NCBI GenBank assembly: GCA_012516075.1 | Contig: JAAYXE010000093.1 | Location: 879 to 64,878 of the forward strand | Direction: 5' to 3' | Length of the DNA: 64,000 nucleotides | Source: Chloroflexota bacterium | GTDB lineage: Bacteria; Chloroflexota; Anaerolineae; Anaerolineales; UBA4823 | Shown: positions 44,707 through 54,113 of the stretch, in pieces | How the letters are laid out: every line of letters begins with the position of its first letter | How positions within the stretch are numbered: position 1 is the first letter of the stretch | The notes under the pieces: model-generated | What the model saw: only the letters and a program-made list of their open reading frames with translations | Told to the model about the DNA's origin: nothing | Databases searched by the model: none | Program-made: the position numbers and the translations under genes

Positions 44707-44892
44707 TCAGTTCGGCATCCCCTGGGCGCCGCCCTGATTGCCAGTATACTTCTCCGGCTCTTTGTCGAATGCGCTTTTGCATCCCGGCGAGCAGAAATAA
44801 TACGTCTTACCCTGAAATTCCGATTTCCCGGCTGCAGTCTCCGGGTCGACCGTCATACCACAAACCGGATCGATCTCTGTTTTCATCGCCAT
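44707..44892 (-). CDS. YHS (TRASH) domain metal-binding protein
   Basis: [11 protein letters not shown]...[19 protein letters not shown] is the canonical YHS motif. AAAGGAG RBS. Confidence 0.85.
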   Translation of the reverse strand: MAMKTEIDPVCGMTVDPETAAGKSEFQGKTYYFCSPGCKSAFDKEPEKYTGNQGGAQGMPN

Positions 44893-45125
44893 CAGTTACC
44901 ACTCCTTTCTAAAACGAATACCGATTTCTGAATCCATCCAGCCGGCGGTCCAGGGAAGAGTGATCCTTCCCCAGCGTCATTTCTGTATGCAGGGATCTGA
45001 GACGATGAACCAGCCGGTTATTGTGGATCCTCGATAACCCCCAGCACAGTGATTATAACGGCAAATCGATTGTGGTTCATTTCAACCCATTCCGAAATAA
45101 ACAAGGGATCAAAGTAGCATAAACT

Positions 45126-45141
45126 TGTGACAAATATCACA
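45126..45141. promoter_or_regulatory. CRP/FNR-family binding site (perfect TGTGA-N6-TCACA) upstream of the hydrogenase operon
   Basis: TGTGAcaaataTCACA read directly. A TATAGT -10 candidate at 45164-45169 puts the site centre near -42, a class II geometry. Confidence 0.6.
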
Positions 45142-45212
45142 TTCCACCCGGCGGCTTTTGATATATAGTAATTTTGACGCAATGGTTTAAGCAACCGACC
45201 AAGGAGGGCATT

Positions 45213-45782
45213 ATGCTGGATTGGCTGCTGGTAATTGCAGCAATCTTGTGCGCGCTTCAGGTAGTCCGGTCGCCCCGCCTGCTGTCTTCCGCCCTGTGGC
45301 TGGCGGGAGTCAGCGCACTGGTATCCATTCTGCTCTACAGGCTTGGCGCCCCTGAAGTTGCGGTCATTGAGCTCAGCGTCGGAGCGGGTCTGGTCACCGT
45401 CCTGTTTGTATTTGCTTTCAACATCGTCGGCGAAGAAGGTCAGACAGCCGCCTCACTGATTCCCCGGCCGCTGATCTGGGGTCTGGTGCTGCTGGCTGCG
45501 GCCCTTCTGGGCTGGTACACGCTGCCAGCTGCCAGCTTCCCTGATCGCGCTGCAGAACCGTCCTTTGCCGTGGTGCTGTGGGAACAGCGCGGATTAGACG
45601 TGCTGGTTCAGGTAGCGCTGATCTTCTCCGGCGTCATGGGATTGACCGGTCTGCTGGGGGGCGTTCACCAGCTCCGGAAAGATCAAGCACTGCAAGAAAC
45701 CGTCTCTTCACTCCCTGAATCCCCACCGCCCCCGCTCAGCACACCCGAATACGAACCCGCAATCGAGGAGGTGCAGGTATGA
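45213..45782 (+). CDS. MnhB/MbhD-E-like membrane subunit of the Mrp-type module
   Basis: Multi-TM protein. DUF4040/MnhB-like pattern (SALWLAGVSALVSILLY..PEVAVIELSVGAGL.. and WEQRGLDVLVQVALIFSGVMG). AAGGAGGG RBS before the ATG at 45213. Confidence 0.65.
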   Translation: MLDWLLVIAAILCALQVVRSPRLLSSALWLAGVSALVSILLYRLGAPEVAVIELSVGAGLVTVLFVFAFNIVGEEGQTAASLIPRPLIWGLVLLAAALLGWYTLPAASFPDRAAEPSFAVVLWEQRGLDVLVQVALIFSGVMGLTGLLGGVHQLRKDQALQETVSSLPESPPPPLSTPEYEPAIEEVQV

Positions 45783-46099
45783 ACGCACTGCTCTCCGATC
45801 CGGCCAGTATCCTGGTCATTGGGATGTTAGGTCTGCTGGGTGTCGGTTTTTATGGTCTGCTGGCAGTACGCAACCTGATAAAAATGGTTGCTGTCCTGCA
45901 GATCCTGATCAAAGCGGCGGTGCTGGCCCTTGTGCTGGCCGGCCGGGCCAGCGGTCAGGTGAACCTGGGGCAGAGCCTGGCCGCCACCGTCATCGTTGCC
46001 GACACGGTTGTGGCGGTGATCGGTCTGGCGCTGGCCGTACAGGTGCGCCGCCGCTGTGGGACCCTGGACCTCAAGAAACTCTCGCAGTTGAGAGGATGA
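45779..46099 (+). CDS. MnhC/NuoK-like small membrane subunit
   Basis: 106-aa three-TM protein, with a 4-nt overlap with the upstream gene. Confidence 0.65.
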   Translation: MNALLSDPASILVIGMLGLLGVGFYGLLAVRNLIKMVAVLQILIKAAVLALVLAGRASGQVNLGQSLAATVIVADTVVAVIGLALAVQVRRRCGTLDLKKLSQLRG

Positions 46100-46103
46100 T
46101 GCC

Positions 46104-47855
46104 ATGGCTGCACTCTTGATCACCCTGGTTATTGCGCTCCCCTGGTTGGGGGCCCTGCTGGTCTGGCTGGTTCGCGACCGGGATGAAAACCTGCAGCACA
46201 GCCTGGCCCTTCTGTTCTCCGGCGCCTCTGGCCTGGCATCCCTGGTGCTGCTGGCCTTCACCGGCAGCGAGGTGGTGATCCGGGTTCCCGTAGGCGCCTA
46301 TTTCGGCGATCTCACCTTTATCCCCGATGGTCTGGGGGTGTTCCTGGCTGCTGTAGCTGCGGTCATCGGCAGCCTTGCCGTGCACTTCTCACGCGATTAC
46401 ATGCACGGCGAAGCACAGTTAGGCCGATACTACGCCCTGGTGCTGATTTTTATCGGGGCAATGGCCGCCCTCGTCCTTACCGGCAGCCTGTTCTTCCTGT
46501 TCATCTTCTGGGAGATCACAGCCCTGTGCTCATACGCTCTGATCTCCTTCGACAACGACAACCCCAGGGCCGTGGCGGGGGGCATCAAAGCGCTGCTGAT
46601 CACCTCGGTGGGCGGTCTCGGGCTGCTGGCCGGAGCGCTGCTGGTCTACAGCTACCTGGGGAGTTACGAGATCAGCACCGTGCTCGAGCGATCAGGCGAG
46701 CTGCCGGCCCCGGCCCTGGCTGTGCTCGCTTTCGGCGCCCTGATTGCTGCCGCTGCCAAATCCGCGCAGGTCCCCTTCCAGACCTGGCTCCCGGACGCCA
46801 TGGAAGCCCCCACGCCGGTCTCCGCCCTGATCCACGCCGCGACGATGGTCAATGCCGGCGTCTACCTGCTGGCGCGCTTTTTCCCGGCATTCGCCCCGGT
46901 GCCCGGCTGGACATTTGCGGTGATGCTGGTGGGCCTGCTCTCCGCCCTGCTGGCCGCTCTGATGGCCTGCACCACGTACGACCTCAAGCGCGTCCTGGCG
47001 TATTCCACCATCAGCCAGCTTGGCTATATGGTCTATGCCATCGGCGCCGGTTCGGTGCTTGCCAGCCAGTTCCATCTGTTCAGCCATGCCGTCTTCAAGG
47101 CGCTGCTCTTCCTGGGAGCGGGCGCGGTCATCCACAGCGTCGGCACACGCGATATGCGTGCAATGGGTGGGCTGGGACAGAAAATGCCCTTCGTGCGCAA
47201 TGTCTTCATCACGGGTGCACTGGCATTGGCCGGCCTCCCCCCGCTCAACGGCTTCTGGAGCAAAGAGCTGATTCTGGAGGCCGGCCTGCACAGCGGACCC
47301 GTCTGGGCTTTCGCCCTGATGCTGCTGGTAGCCGGCCTGACGGCCTTCTACACGTTCCGCACGGTCTGGATGGTGTTTTTCACTCCCAGCCGCGTGAGCG
47401 AAGTGCACACCGTGGGGGCGGCGATGAAAACAGCCCTGGCGCCGCTCGCCCTTGCAGCTCTGGTCAGCGGTTTTCTGGCCGGTCCGTTCGATGCTCTGCT
47501 CTCAAACAGCCTGCCCTTCCACCAGCTGCATGCTGAAAGCACAGGTGCGCTGCTGCTCGAGGTGCTGAGCGCACCGGCCACCCTGCTGGCCCTGGCGGTG
47601 ATCGCCGCTGGCCTGGCTGCCTGGCATTTTCGCTCAGCGCTGACCGGACTGCAGGCGCTGGCTGCCCCTCTGCAGCGTGCTGCCAGCGAGAGTTTCGGTT
47701 TTGAGTGGCTCAATCACCAGATTGTGGCCTTCGTCCAGGGGTTTGCCGGGTTCCTGCGCCGCTCCCAGAGCGGACAGATCTCCTGGAACCTGGCCGGCAT
47801 TATCGGCGGACTGCTGGTCGTCCTGGTGATATTGCTCTGGGCGGTTCAGGTGTGA
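46104..47855 (+). CDS. NuoL/MnhA-like proton-conducting antiporter subunit
   Basis: Antiporter-like core (WEITALCSYALISF, AAAKSAQVPFQTWLPDAMEAPTPVSALIHAATMVNAGVYLL, FSHAVFKALLFLGAG). Confidence 0.85.
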   Translation: MAALLITLVIALPWLGALLVWLVRDRDENLQHSLALLFSGASGLASLVLLAFTGSEVVIRVPVGAYFGDLTFIPDGLGVFLAAVAAVIGSLAVHFSRDYMHGEAQLGRYYALVLIFIGAMAALVLTGSLFFLFIFWEITALCSYALISFDNDNPRAVAGGIKALLITSVGGLGLLAGALLVYSYLGSYEISTVLERSGELPAPALAVLAFGALIAAAAKSAQVPFQTWLPDAMEAPTPVSALIHAATMVNAGVYLLARFFPAFAPVPGWTFAVMLVGLLSALLAALMACTTYDLKRVLAYSTISQLGYMVYAIGAGSVLASQFHLFSHAVFKALLFLGAGAVIHSVGTRDMRAMGGLGQKMPFVRNVFITGALALAGLPPLNGFWSKELILEAGLHSGPVWAFALMLLVAGLTAFYTFRTVWMVFFTPSRVSEVHTVGAAMKTALAPLALAALVSGFLAGPFDALLSNSLPFHQLHAESTGALLLEVLSAPATLLALAVIAAGLAAWHFRSALTGLQALAAPLQRAASESFGFEWLNHQIVAFVQGFAGFLRRSQSGQISWNLAGIIGGLLVVLVILLWAVQV

Positions 47856-47858
47856 GAG

Positions 47859-49397
47859 GTGGATATGGAAAACACGGTCATCATCCTGATCTTCCTGCCT
47901 CTGCTGGCTTCCCCGCTGATCTACCTGCTGGGGCGCCTGTCACTCGCCCTGCAGCCCGCTGATCGCTCGCTCAACCTGGCGAAGTGGGCTGCGCTGCTGG
48001 CACTGCTGGCCGGCTGGATCCCCTTTGTCCAGGCTGTGCAGCAGTTCTCTTCAGCAGGCGCGCTCGTCACGCGCATTGGCGGCGTGGCGCTGCGCCTGGA
48101 TGGCCTCAGCCTGCTGCTGGCTGCCGTGGCGCTCGGTCTGGGCGGGGTGGTTGCCCTGTTCTCCGTCCCCTATATGGCCGGCGAGAGCGGCGAAGAGAAG
48201 TACTACGCCATGCTCACCGCCATGGTGGGCATGATGATCGGCCTGGGCAGCGCCGGTGACCTGTTCAACCTGTGGGTGTGGTTCGAGGGCATGGCCGTCT
48301 CGTCTTACCTGCTGGTCGTATTCTACAAAGAGGAGCCCGCCGCCCTGGAAGCCGGCGTCAAGTACGTTGTTCAGAGCGCCGCCGGTTCGGTGCTGGTGCT
48401 GATCGGCATCGCCCTCACGCTGGCGGAAACCGGCACACTCGACCTGATGGAGATCCACACCCGCGCAGCCGGTTCCCCGCTGCTGCTGGCCGCCGGGGCG
48501 CTGTTCCTCACCGGTTTTGGGGTCAAGGCTGCCCTGGTCCCCCTGCATACCTGGCTGCCCGATGCCCACTCGCAGGCGCCAAGCGGCATCAGCGCCATGC
48601 TCTCCGGTGTGGTGATCGAAGCCGGTTTGATCGCCATGCTGCGCTCGCTGGCCGCGATCAGTGGCGAATCCCGGAGTGCCGCACTTTGGGGACTGCTGCT
48701 GATGGGGTTTGGCGCCCTCAATATGCTCTTCGGAAACCTGCTGGCCCTGCGCCAGATTCAGGTAAAGCGTCTGCTGGCATTCTCCAGCCTGAGCCACGTC
48801 GGCTACATGGTCTTCGGTCTCGGGGTGGCCATCTGGGCTGGAGAGGCAGCCGGAGCGCAGGGCGGTCTGTTCCATCTGCTCAACCATGGATTGATGAAAG
48901 GCCTGGCATTTCTGGCGGCCGGAGCCCTGCTGTACGCCCTCAGCGGACTGCACGCTGCAAACGGCGCACAGAGCCACGGTTCGCTGGCCATCGCAGACCT
49001 GAACGGTGCAGCCCGGCGCTATCCCACTGCGTCACTGGCCTTCAGCCTGGCCTTGCTGGGTTTAGGCGGACTGCCCCCGATGGCCGGCTTTATGTCGAAA
49101 TGGCAGATTTTCGTGGCCGGGTTTAACACCCACAGCACAGCAGTGCTCCTGCTCACTGGTTTTGCCGCCCTGAACAGTGTGGTATCGCTGGCTTATTATG
49201 CCCCGCTGGTGAACGCCGTCTACCGCAAACAGCCATCGAAAGCGGTTCAGCACGGGGTGCCCATCCCGCGTCTCATGGCAATCCCCCTGGCGCTGCTGGC
49301 CGCAGTCGTGCTGCTGTTCGGCTTCTTCCCCGGCCTGGCAGAATGGCTTACCGGACCAGCGGCCGGCAGCCTGCTGAGCGCTATCGGAGGTTTCTGA
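47859..49397 (+). CDS. NuoM/N / MnhD-like proton-conducting antiporter subunit
   Basis: FGVKAALVPLHTWLPDAHSQAPSGISAMLSGVVIEAG and LNHGLMKGLAFLAAG motifs. Confidence 0.85.
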   Translation: MDMENTVIILIFLPLLASPLIYLLGRLSLALQPADRSLNLAKWAALLALLAGWIPFVQAVQQFSSAGALVTRIGGVALRLDGLSLLLAAVALGLGGVVALFSVPYMAGESGEEKYYAMLTAMVGMMIGLGSAGDLFNLWVWFEGMAVSSYLLVVFYKEEPAALEAGVKYVVQSAAGSVLVLIGIALTLAETGTLDLMEIHTRAAGSPLLLAAGALFLTGFGVKAALVPLHTWLPDAHSQAPSGISAMLSGVVIEAGLIAMLRSLAAISGESRSAALWGLLLMGFGALNMLFGNLLALRQIQVKRLLAFSSLSHVGYMVFGLGVAIWAGEAAGAQGGLFHLLNHGLMKGLAFLAAGALLYALSGLHAANGAQSHGSLAIADLNGAARRYPTASLAFSLALLGLGGLPPMAGFMSKWQIFVAGFNTHSTAVLLLTGFAALNSVVSLAYYAPLVNAVYRKQPSKAVQHGVPIPRLMAIPLALLAAVVLLFGFFPGLAEWLTGPAAGSLLSAIGGF

Positions 49398-49711
49398 TGT
49401 CTGAAGTCCTGCTCTCTCCCCCGGTCGCTTTTCTGGCTTATTTTGCGCTGGCTGGACTACTTTACCTGTTCGGGCGCCTTCTCGCCGGCAAAGGCAGTCC
49501 CTCTGCCCTGAAGTCCAGCCTGTACGCCAGCGGTGAAGCCCCTCCGGCAGGTCAGGCCGCACCAGGCTACCGGCAGTTCTTTATCTATGCGCTCTTTTTT
49601 GCCATCCTGCACCTGGGCGTACTGATGCTGGCCAGCGGCAGCCTGACGCCCCTGTCCGGTATCTATCTGGCCGGTCTGCTGCTTTCACTGGTAGCGTTGA
49701 TCCTCGGCTGA
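49397..49711 (+). CDS. NuoA-like small membrane subunit (putative)
   Basis: ATG overlaps the upstream TGA. Three predicted TMs with YASGEAPP and FFIYALFFAILH resembling the NuoA loop/TM2 pattern. The assignment is tentative. Confidence 0.5.
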   Translation: MSEVLLSPPVAFLAYFALAGLLYLFGRLLAGKGSPSALKSSLYASGEAPPAGQAAPGYRQFFIYALFFAILHLGVLMLASGSLTPLSGIYLAGLLLSLVALILG

Positions 49712-49739
49712 AAGCTCTACCGGCATACAGAAAAGGAAA

Positions 49740-50249
49740 ATGGCAATGGAAACCCAGATCAACTCGCCCTGGAACAGAATGATGGACCAGATGAAAGCCT
49801 GGGCACGAATCAACTCACCCTGGGCAATCCACTTCAACAGCGGTTCTTGCAACGGCTGTGATATCGAGATTCTGGCCACCCTCACCCCGCGCTACGATCT
49901 GGAACGCTTCGGCGTCAAACTGCAGGGCTCCCCGCGTCATTCCGATGTGTTGATCTGCACTGGCCCGGTCACTCGCCAGGCGCGCGAGCGTCTGCTGCGT
50001 ATTTACGAACAGATGCCGGAACCCAAATTTGTGGTCGCGGTCGGATCCTGCGGCCTTTCTGGCGGTGCCTTCCAGGGCTGCTACAACGTGATTGGCTCCA
50101 TTGACGAGGTCATCCCGGTGGATGCATATATCCCTGGCTGTCCGCCCCGCCCCGAAGCAATCATCGACGGAGTGGTCAAGCTGCTGTCGAGCCTGAAACC
50201 TGGCGCTGCCGGTGCGCAGCCCGCCTCCAATGGAAAGGGTATGGCATGA
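49740..50249 (+). CDS. [NiFe]-hydrogenase group 4 small subunit (NuoB-like, 4Fe-4S)
   Basis: Cys ligands in GSCNGCDIE, GSCGLSGG and IPGCPPRPEAI. Confidence 0.9.
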   Translation: MAMETQINSPWNRMMDQMKAWARINSPWAIHFNSGSCNGCDIEILATLTPRYDLERFGVKLQGSPRHSDVLICTGPVTRQARERLLRIYEQMPEPKFVVAVGSCGLSGGAFQGCYNVIGSIDEVIPVDAYIPGCPPRPEAIIDGVVKLLSSLKPGAAGAQPASNGKGMA

Positions 50250-51850
50250 CAAATCCCGAGCTGATTTCCTTTGACAGCCTCCTCGAGAACGGCCGCAGCC
50301 TGCTGGAAAGCCAGATCATTGAGGCACAGACGCCCGAGCCCGGCCGGCTGGATCTGGTTATTGGCCCGTCCGACCTGCCGCAGGCAGTCCAGACCCTGGT
50401 GGACAATCACTGGGGTTACCTGGCCGCCATCACCGGGCTGGACCGGCCGGAAAGCAGTGAGGTCGAAGCCCTCTACCACTTCTGCAGCGGCCCGGCCGTG
50501 CTCACGCTGCGTGTGCGCGTCCCCTACGCGGAACCGGCTCTGCCCACCATCTGCGGGGTGATCCCTTCCGCCACGCTTTATGAGCGCGAGTTTATGGAGA
50601 TGTTCGGCGTGCAGGTGACCGGCACCCCCGACCCGCAGCGCCTGTTTTTACCCGATGACTGGCCTGAGGGGGTCTACCCGCTGCGCAAATCCTTCAACCC
50701 CCAGGAAAAGGTCCCCCAGGTGAAGCCGAAAGCAAACGGTGACAATGCAGGAAGGTACATCGTCCCCATTGGACCGCAGCATCCGGCGTTGAAAGAGCCC
50801 GGCCACTTTGAATTTACGGTAAACGGCGAGATCGTCACCGGCGCCAGCGTGCGGCTGGGGTACGTCCATCGCGGCATCGAGAAAGCCTGTGAGGAACGCA
50901 CCTGGACTCAGGCCATGTACCTGCTCGAGCGTGTGTGCGGGATCTGTTCCAACAGCCACGCCTACGCTTATGTGCTGGGTGTGGAGAAGCTGGCGCAGGT
51001 TGAAGCCCCGGAGCGTGCCCAGGCTATTCGCGAGCTGGTCGCCGGGCTGGAGCGCATTCACAGTCATCTGCTCTGGCTGGGTGTGGCGGCCCATGAGGCC
51101 GGCTTCGACACCCTCTTCATGTACTCCTGGCGCGACCGTGAAACCGTGATGGACCTGTTAGAGGGACTGACCGGCAACCGGGTCAACTACTCGGCCAACC
51201 TGATCGGGGGCGTCAAGTTCGATGTGGACGACGAACAGCGCCGCACCATTCTCGCCGGACTGGACTACCTGGAGGAGCGCTGCCGGCATTATCTCGATGT
51301 AGTTTCCACCGATGCTGCTTTCTTACAGCGCACCCGCGGAGTGGGCACAATGACCCGTGAGCAGGCTGAGCTGCTGGGAGTGGTCGGTCCCACTGCGCGC
51401 GCCTCCGGTGTGGACAGGGATATCCGCGTGGAAGCCCCGTACGGCTCCTACCGCCGCTTCCCCGTCAGCATCGTGATCGAACATGCCGGCGACCTGGAGG
51501 CTAAATTTGTGGTGCGCGTCAAAGAGATGCTGGTCAGTATTTCCACGCTGCGCGCCCTCCTGGATAACCTCCCGCCGGGCGAGCTGGTTGCCCGCGTGCC
51601 GCGCAGGATCCCGGCCGGTGAAACGATCAGCCGTGTTGAAGCCCCGCGCGGCGAGCTGTTCTACTTTATCAAGAGCAGCGGCGGCGATAAGCCGGAACGG
51701 GTCAAAGTGCGCACTCCTTCCATCTGCAACTTTGGCTCTGTCATCCACACAGCCGTCGGCCACCAGTTCGCCGATATGCCCATGCTGCTGGCCGGAATCG
51801 ATCCCTGCTTCTCCTGCAACGACCGTATGATCGTGGTGAGGAAGAAATGA
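50246..51850 (+). CDS. [NiFe]-hydrogenase group 4 large subunit with N-terminal NuoC-like domain (HycE-like NuoC-NuoD fusion)
   Basis: Both NiFe-ligating motifs are retained: RVCGICSNSH near the middle and DPCFSCNDR at the C-terminus. This marks a true hydrogenase rather than complex I NuoD. Confidence 0.9.
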   Translation: MTNPELISFDSLLENGRSLLESQIIEAQTPEPGRLDLVIGPSDLPQAVQTLVDNHWGYLAAITGLDRPESSEVEALYHFCSGPAVLTLRVRVPYAEPALPTICGVIPSATLYEREFMEMFGVQVTGTPDPQRLFLPDDWPEGVYPLRKSFNPQEKVPQVKPKANGDNAGRYIVPIGPQHPALKEPGHFEFTVNGEIVTGASVRLGYVHRGIEKACEERTWTQAMYLLERVCGICSNSHAYAYVLGVEKLAQVEAPERAQAIRELVAGLERIHSHLLWLGVAAHEAGFDTLFMYSWRDRETVMDLLEGLTGNRVNYSANLIGGVKFDVDDEQRRTILAGLDYLEERCRHYLDVVSTDAAFLQRTRGVGTMTREQAELLGVVGPTARASGVDRDIRVEAPYGSYRRFPVSIVIEHAGDLEAKFVVRVKEMLVSISTLRALLDNLPPGELVARVPRRIPAGETISRVEAPRGELFYFIKSSGGDKPERVKVRTPSICNFGSVIHTAVGHQFADMPMLLAGIDPCFSCNDRMIVVRKK

Positions 51851-52755
51851 ACGCATTTCTGAGTGCTGCTGCGCTGTTGTTTTTCCCCGGCGGTTTGTCG
51901 CTGCTGGTTTCCGGCCTGGCATATGAATGGGCCGACCGTAAGCTGCTCGCTCGTATGCAGAACCGCCTGGGTCCGCGCTGGTTCCAGCCCTTAGCCGATG
52001 TCGTGAAACTGCTCAGCAAGGAAGAGATCGTACCCTACGGTGCCAACCGCCTGATTTTCAACCTGCTGCCGGTGGCGGCCCTGGCCGGGCCGCTCACCGC
52101 TGCCCTGTACGTACCGCTCTTCGGTCTGCCGCCCATGTACAGTTTTCAGGGTGATCTGATCGTGGTGATCTACCTGCTGTCGCTGCTCACCATCTGCACC
52201 GGCCTGGCAGGCGCAAACATGGCCAGCCGCTTCTCGGTGCTGGGCGCCACCCGCACTCTGACTCAGGTGTTCGCCTACGAGGCGCCTTTTCTGCTGGCGC
52301 TGCTGGGGCCAGCCATCGCTGCCGGGTCCTGGGAGATCCGCAGCATACAGGCCTTCGCCGAAACCCGCTGGCTGCTCCTCACTCAGCCGCTCGGTTTCCT
52401 GGTGGCCCTGATCGGCCTGATGGGCAAGCTGGAACTGCCGCCCTTCGACGCTCCCGAGGCAGAGACCGAGATCGTGGCCGGCGCGCTGACTGAGTACAGC
52501 GGGCGTGGTCTGGCGCTCTTCCGCCTGGGCAAAGGCGTGGAGATGGTCGTCGGACTGACCCTGATTGCCGCCTTCTTCCTGGGGGGCGTGGGCAACCTGC
52601 CCGGCTTCTTGCTCAAAACGCTGGTCCTGCTGCTGGTTCTGGTTACGCTGCAGGCTGTGCTCACCCGCTTTCGCATCGACCAGGTGGTGCGCGGCTGGCG
52701 CTGGGGTGCGCTGCTCGCACTGCTGCAGATCCTGGTCATGATCATCTGGGGATAG
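51847..52755 (+). CDS. NuoH/HycD-like membrane subunit
   Basis: ADRKLLARMQNRLGPRW and EAETEIVAGALTEYSG motifs. Confidence 0.85.
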   Translation: MNAFLSAAALLFFPGGLSLLVSGLAYEWADRKLLARMQNRLGPRWFQPLADVVKLLSKEEIVPYGANRLIFNLLPVAALAGPLTAALYVPLFGLPPMYSFQGDLIVVIYLLSLLTICTGLAGANMASRFSVLGATRTLTQVFAYEAPFLLALLGPAIAAGSWEIRSIQAFAETRWLLLTQPLGFLVALIGLMGKLELPPFDAPEAETEIVAGALTEYSGRGLALFRLGKGVEMVVGLTLIAAFFLGGVGNLPGFLLKTLVLLLVLVTLQAVLTRFRIDQVVRGWRWGALLALLQILVMIIWG

Positions 52756-52764
52756 GAGGGTAGA

Positions 52765-53202
52765 ATGAAGATCGGTACCATGCTAGGTGATGTGACCACC
52801 TCCCTCTTCCGCCGTCCGGTTACCCGTCGTTACCCTTTCGAACGCCGCCCGGCGCCCGCAAGGCTGCGCGGCCGGTTGATCTGGAACCCGGAGAAATGCA
52901 CCGGCTGCCAGCTGTGCTGCCGGGACTGTCCCTCCAACGCGATTGAACTGATCATCATCGATCGCGCCAGCAAGCAGTTTCTGATGCATTATCACATCGA
53001 CCGCTGCACGTTCTGCGCGCAGTGTGTGCACAGCTGCCGCTTCAACTGCCTGGGAATGTCGAACGAGGACTGGGAGCTGGCGGCGCTCAGTAGAGATGAT
53101 TTTTCGGTGTTCTATGGAAACGAATCCCTGCGGCAGCAGTACCTTGATGGGCTTTCCCGGGAGGGAAGCGCTGCTGCTGAAGCTGAGAGCGCGGCTGACT
53201 GA
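52765..53202 (+). CDS. NuoI/HycF-like 2x[4Fe-4S] ferredoxin subunit
   Basis: CTGCQLCCRDCP and CTFCAQCVHSC clusters. Confidence 0.85.
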   Translation: MKIGTMLGDVTTSLFRRPVTRRYPFERRPAPARLRGRLIWNPEKCTGCQLCCRDCPSNAIELIIIDRASKQFLMHYHIDRCTFCAQCVHSCRFNCLGMSNEDWELAALSRDDFSVFYGNESLRQQYLDGLSREGSAAAEAESAAD

Positions 53203-53683
53203 AGCCGCTGCCCGGGCAGCTCCGGAGCCGCCCCGACTGGCCCTGATTGGCGCTGGCCAGGAGCTGCGCGGTGATGACGCCGCCGGAATCGAAGTCCTGC
53301 GGCAGATCAAGGCGAAGATCTCTACCTGCGAGCACATCCTCACGCTGGAAGCCGGGCCTGCGCCCGAGAACCTCACCGGGCCGCTGGTCCGCTTTCGCCC
53401 CCACCTGGCGCTGATTTTCGACGCCGCCGCTCTGGACGGCCCACCCGGCGCCTGCTGCCTGCTGGATGCGCATGACCTGGATCACAGCAGCCTGGGTACG
53501 CACGCCCTCTCCCTGAGCCTGTTTGCCCGCTATCTGACGCAGCAGACCGGCTGCGATCTGGCTCTGGTGGGCATCCAGCCGGCCCAGATGGATTTGTGCA
53601 TGCCGCTCTCCCCCCCGGGTTCTACCGCTGTGAGGGAGCTCAGCGCGCTGGTGTCGGAACTGTTGCTCACCGGGGATTATTAG
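53147..53683 (+). CDS. Hydrogenase maturation endopeptidase (HycI/HyaD family)
   Basis: LIGAGQELRGDDAAGIEVLRQI and the later ..FDAA..H.. pattern. The ATG at 53147 overlaps the upstream gene by 56 nt, and the true start is uncertain. Confidence 0.7.
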   Translation: MGFPGREALLLKLRARLTEAAARAAPEPPRLALIGAGQELRGDDAAGIEVLRQIKAKISTCEHILTLEAGPAPENLTGPLVRFRPHLALIFDAAALDGPPGACCLLDAHDLDHSSLGTHALSLSLFARYLTQQTGCDLALVGIQPAQMDLCMPLSPPGSTAVRELSALVSELLLTGDY

Positions 53684-53768
53684 AATTATTAGAGGTAGAT
53701 AGTACATATTTTCACGTGACTTTATTCACTGGTAAGCAGCCGCTCCCCCGTGATATCCTCAACTCAGA

Positions 53769-54113
53769 ATGCACGAGTTATCCGTCACCGAAAGCCTGCT
53801 GGAAATTGCCCTGCGACATGCAGAACCGGCAGGGGCGAAGCGCATCCTCGCCCTGCACATCGTCGTCGGCCAGCTTTCCTCTATCGTCGACGCCTCGGTG
53901 CAGTTCTACTGGGACATCGTTGCCCGGGACACTATCGCAGAGGAGGCGCAGCTTCACTTTCGCCGGGTGCCGGTGGAGCTGAGCTGTGAGGCCTGCGGAC
54001 ACACCTACTCGCCTGAAAATGACGAATTCTCCTGTCCGGCATGCGGCGGCGAGCGCTTCAAAATCACGGCCGGAGAAGAGTTTTACCTGGAATCCATCGA
54101 GATCGACAAATGA
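53769..54113 (+). CDS. hypA: Hydrogenase nickel incorporation protein HypA
   Basis: MHELS N-terminus and the zinc site CEACG...CPACGG. Confidence 0.9.
   Translation: MHELSVTESLLEIALRHAEPAGAKRILALHIVVGQLSSIVDASVQFYWDIVARDTIAEEAQLHFRRVPVELSCEACGHTYSPENDEFSCPACGGERFKITAGEEFYLESIEIDK

Noticed and set aside
44643-44912. 89-aa plus-strand ORF
   Set aside because: It overlaps the YHS-domain gene on the opposite strand. That gene has a canonical motif and a strong RBS.
46526-47536. 336-aa alternate-frame ORF within the NuoL-like gene (similar cases at 48272-49126 and 48051-48977)
   Set aside because: These are Arg/Pro/Gly-rich translations of an off-frame or antisense strand of clearly identified antiporter-like subunits.
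53024-53146. Longer N-terminus for the hydrogenase protease ORF
   Set aside because: It lies deep inside the NuoI-like gene in another frame. Protease homology begins only around ..RLALIGAGQELRGDD.
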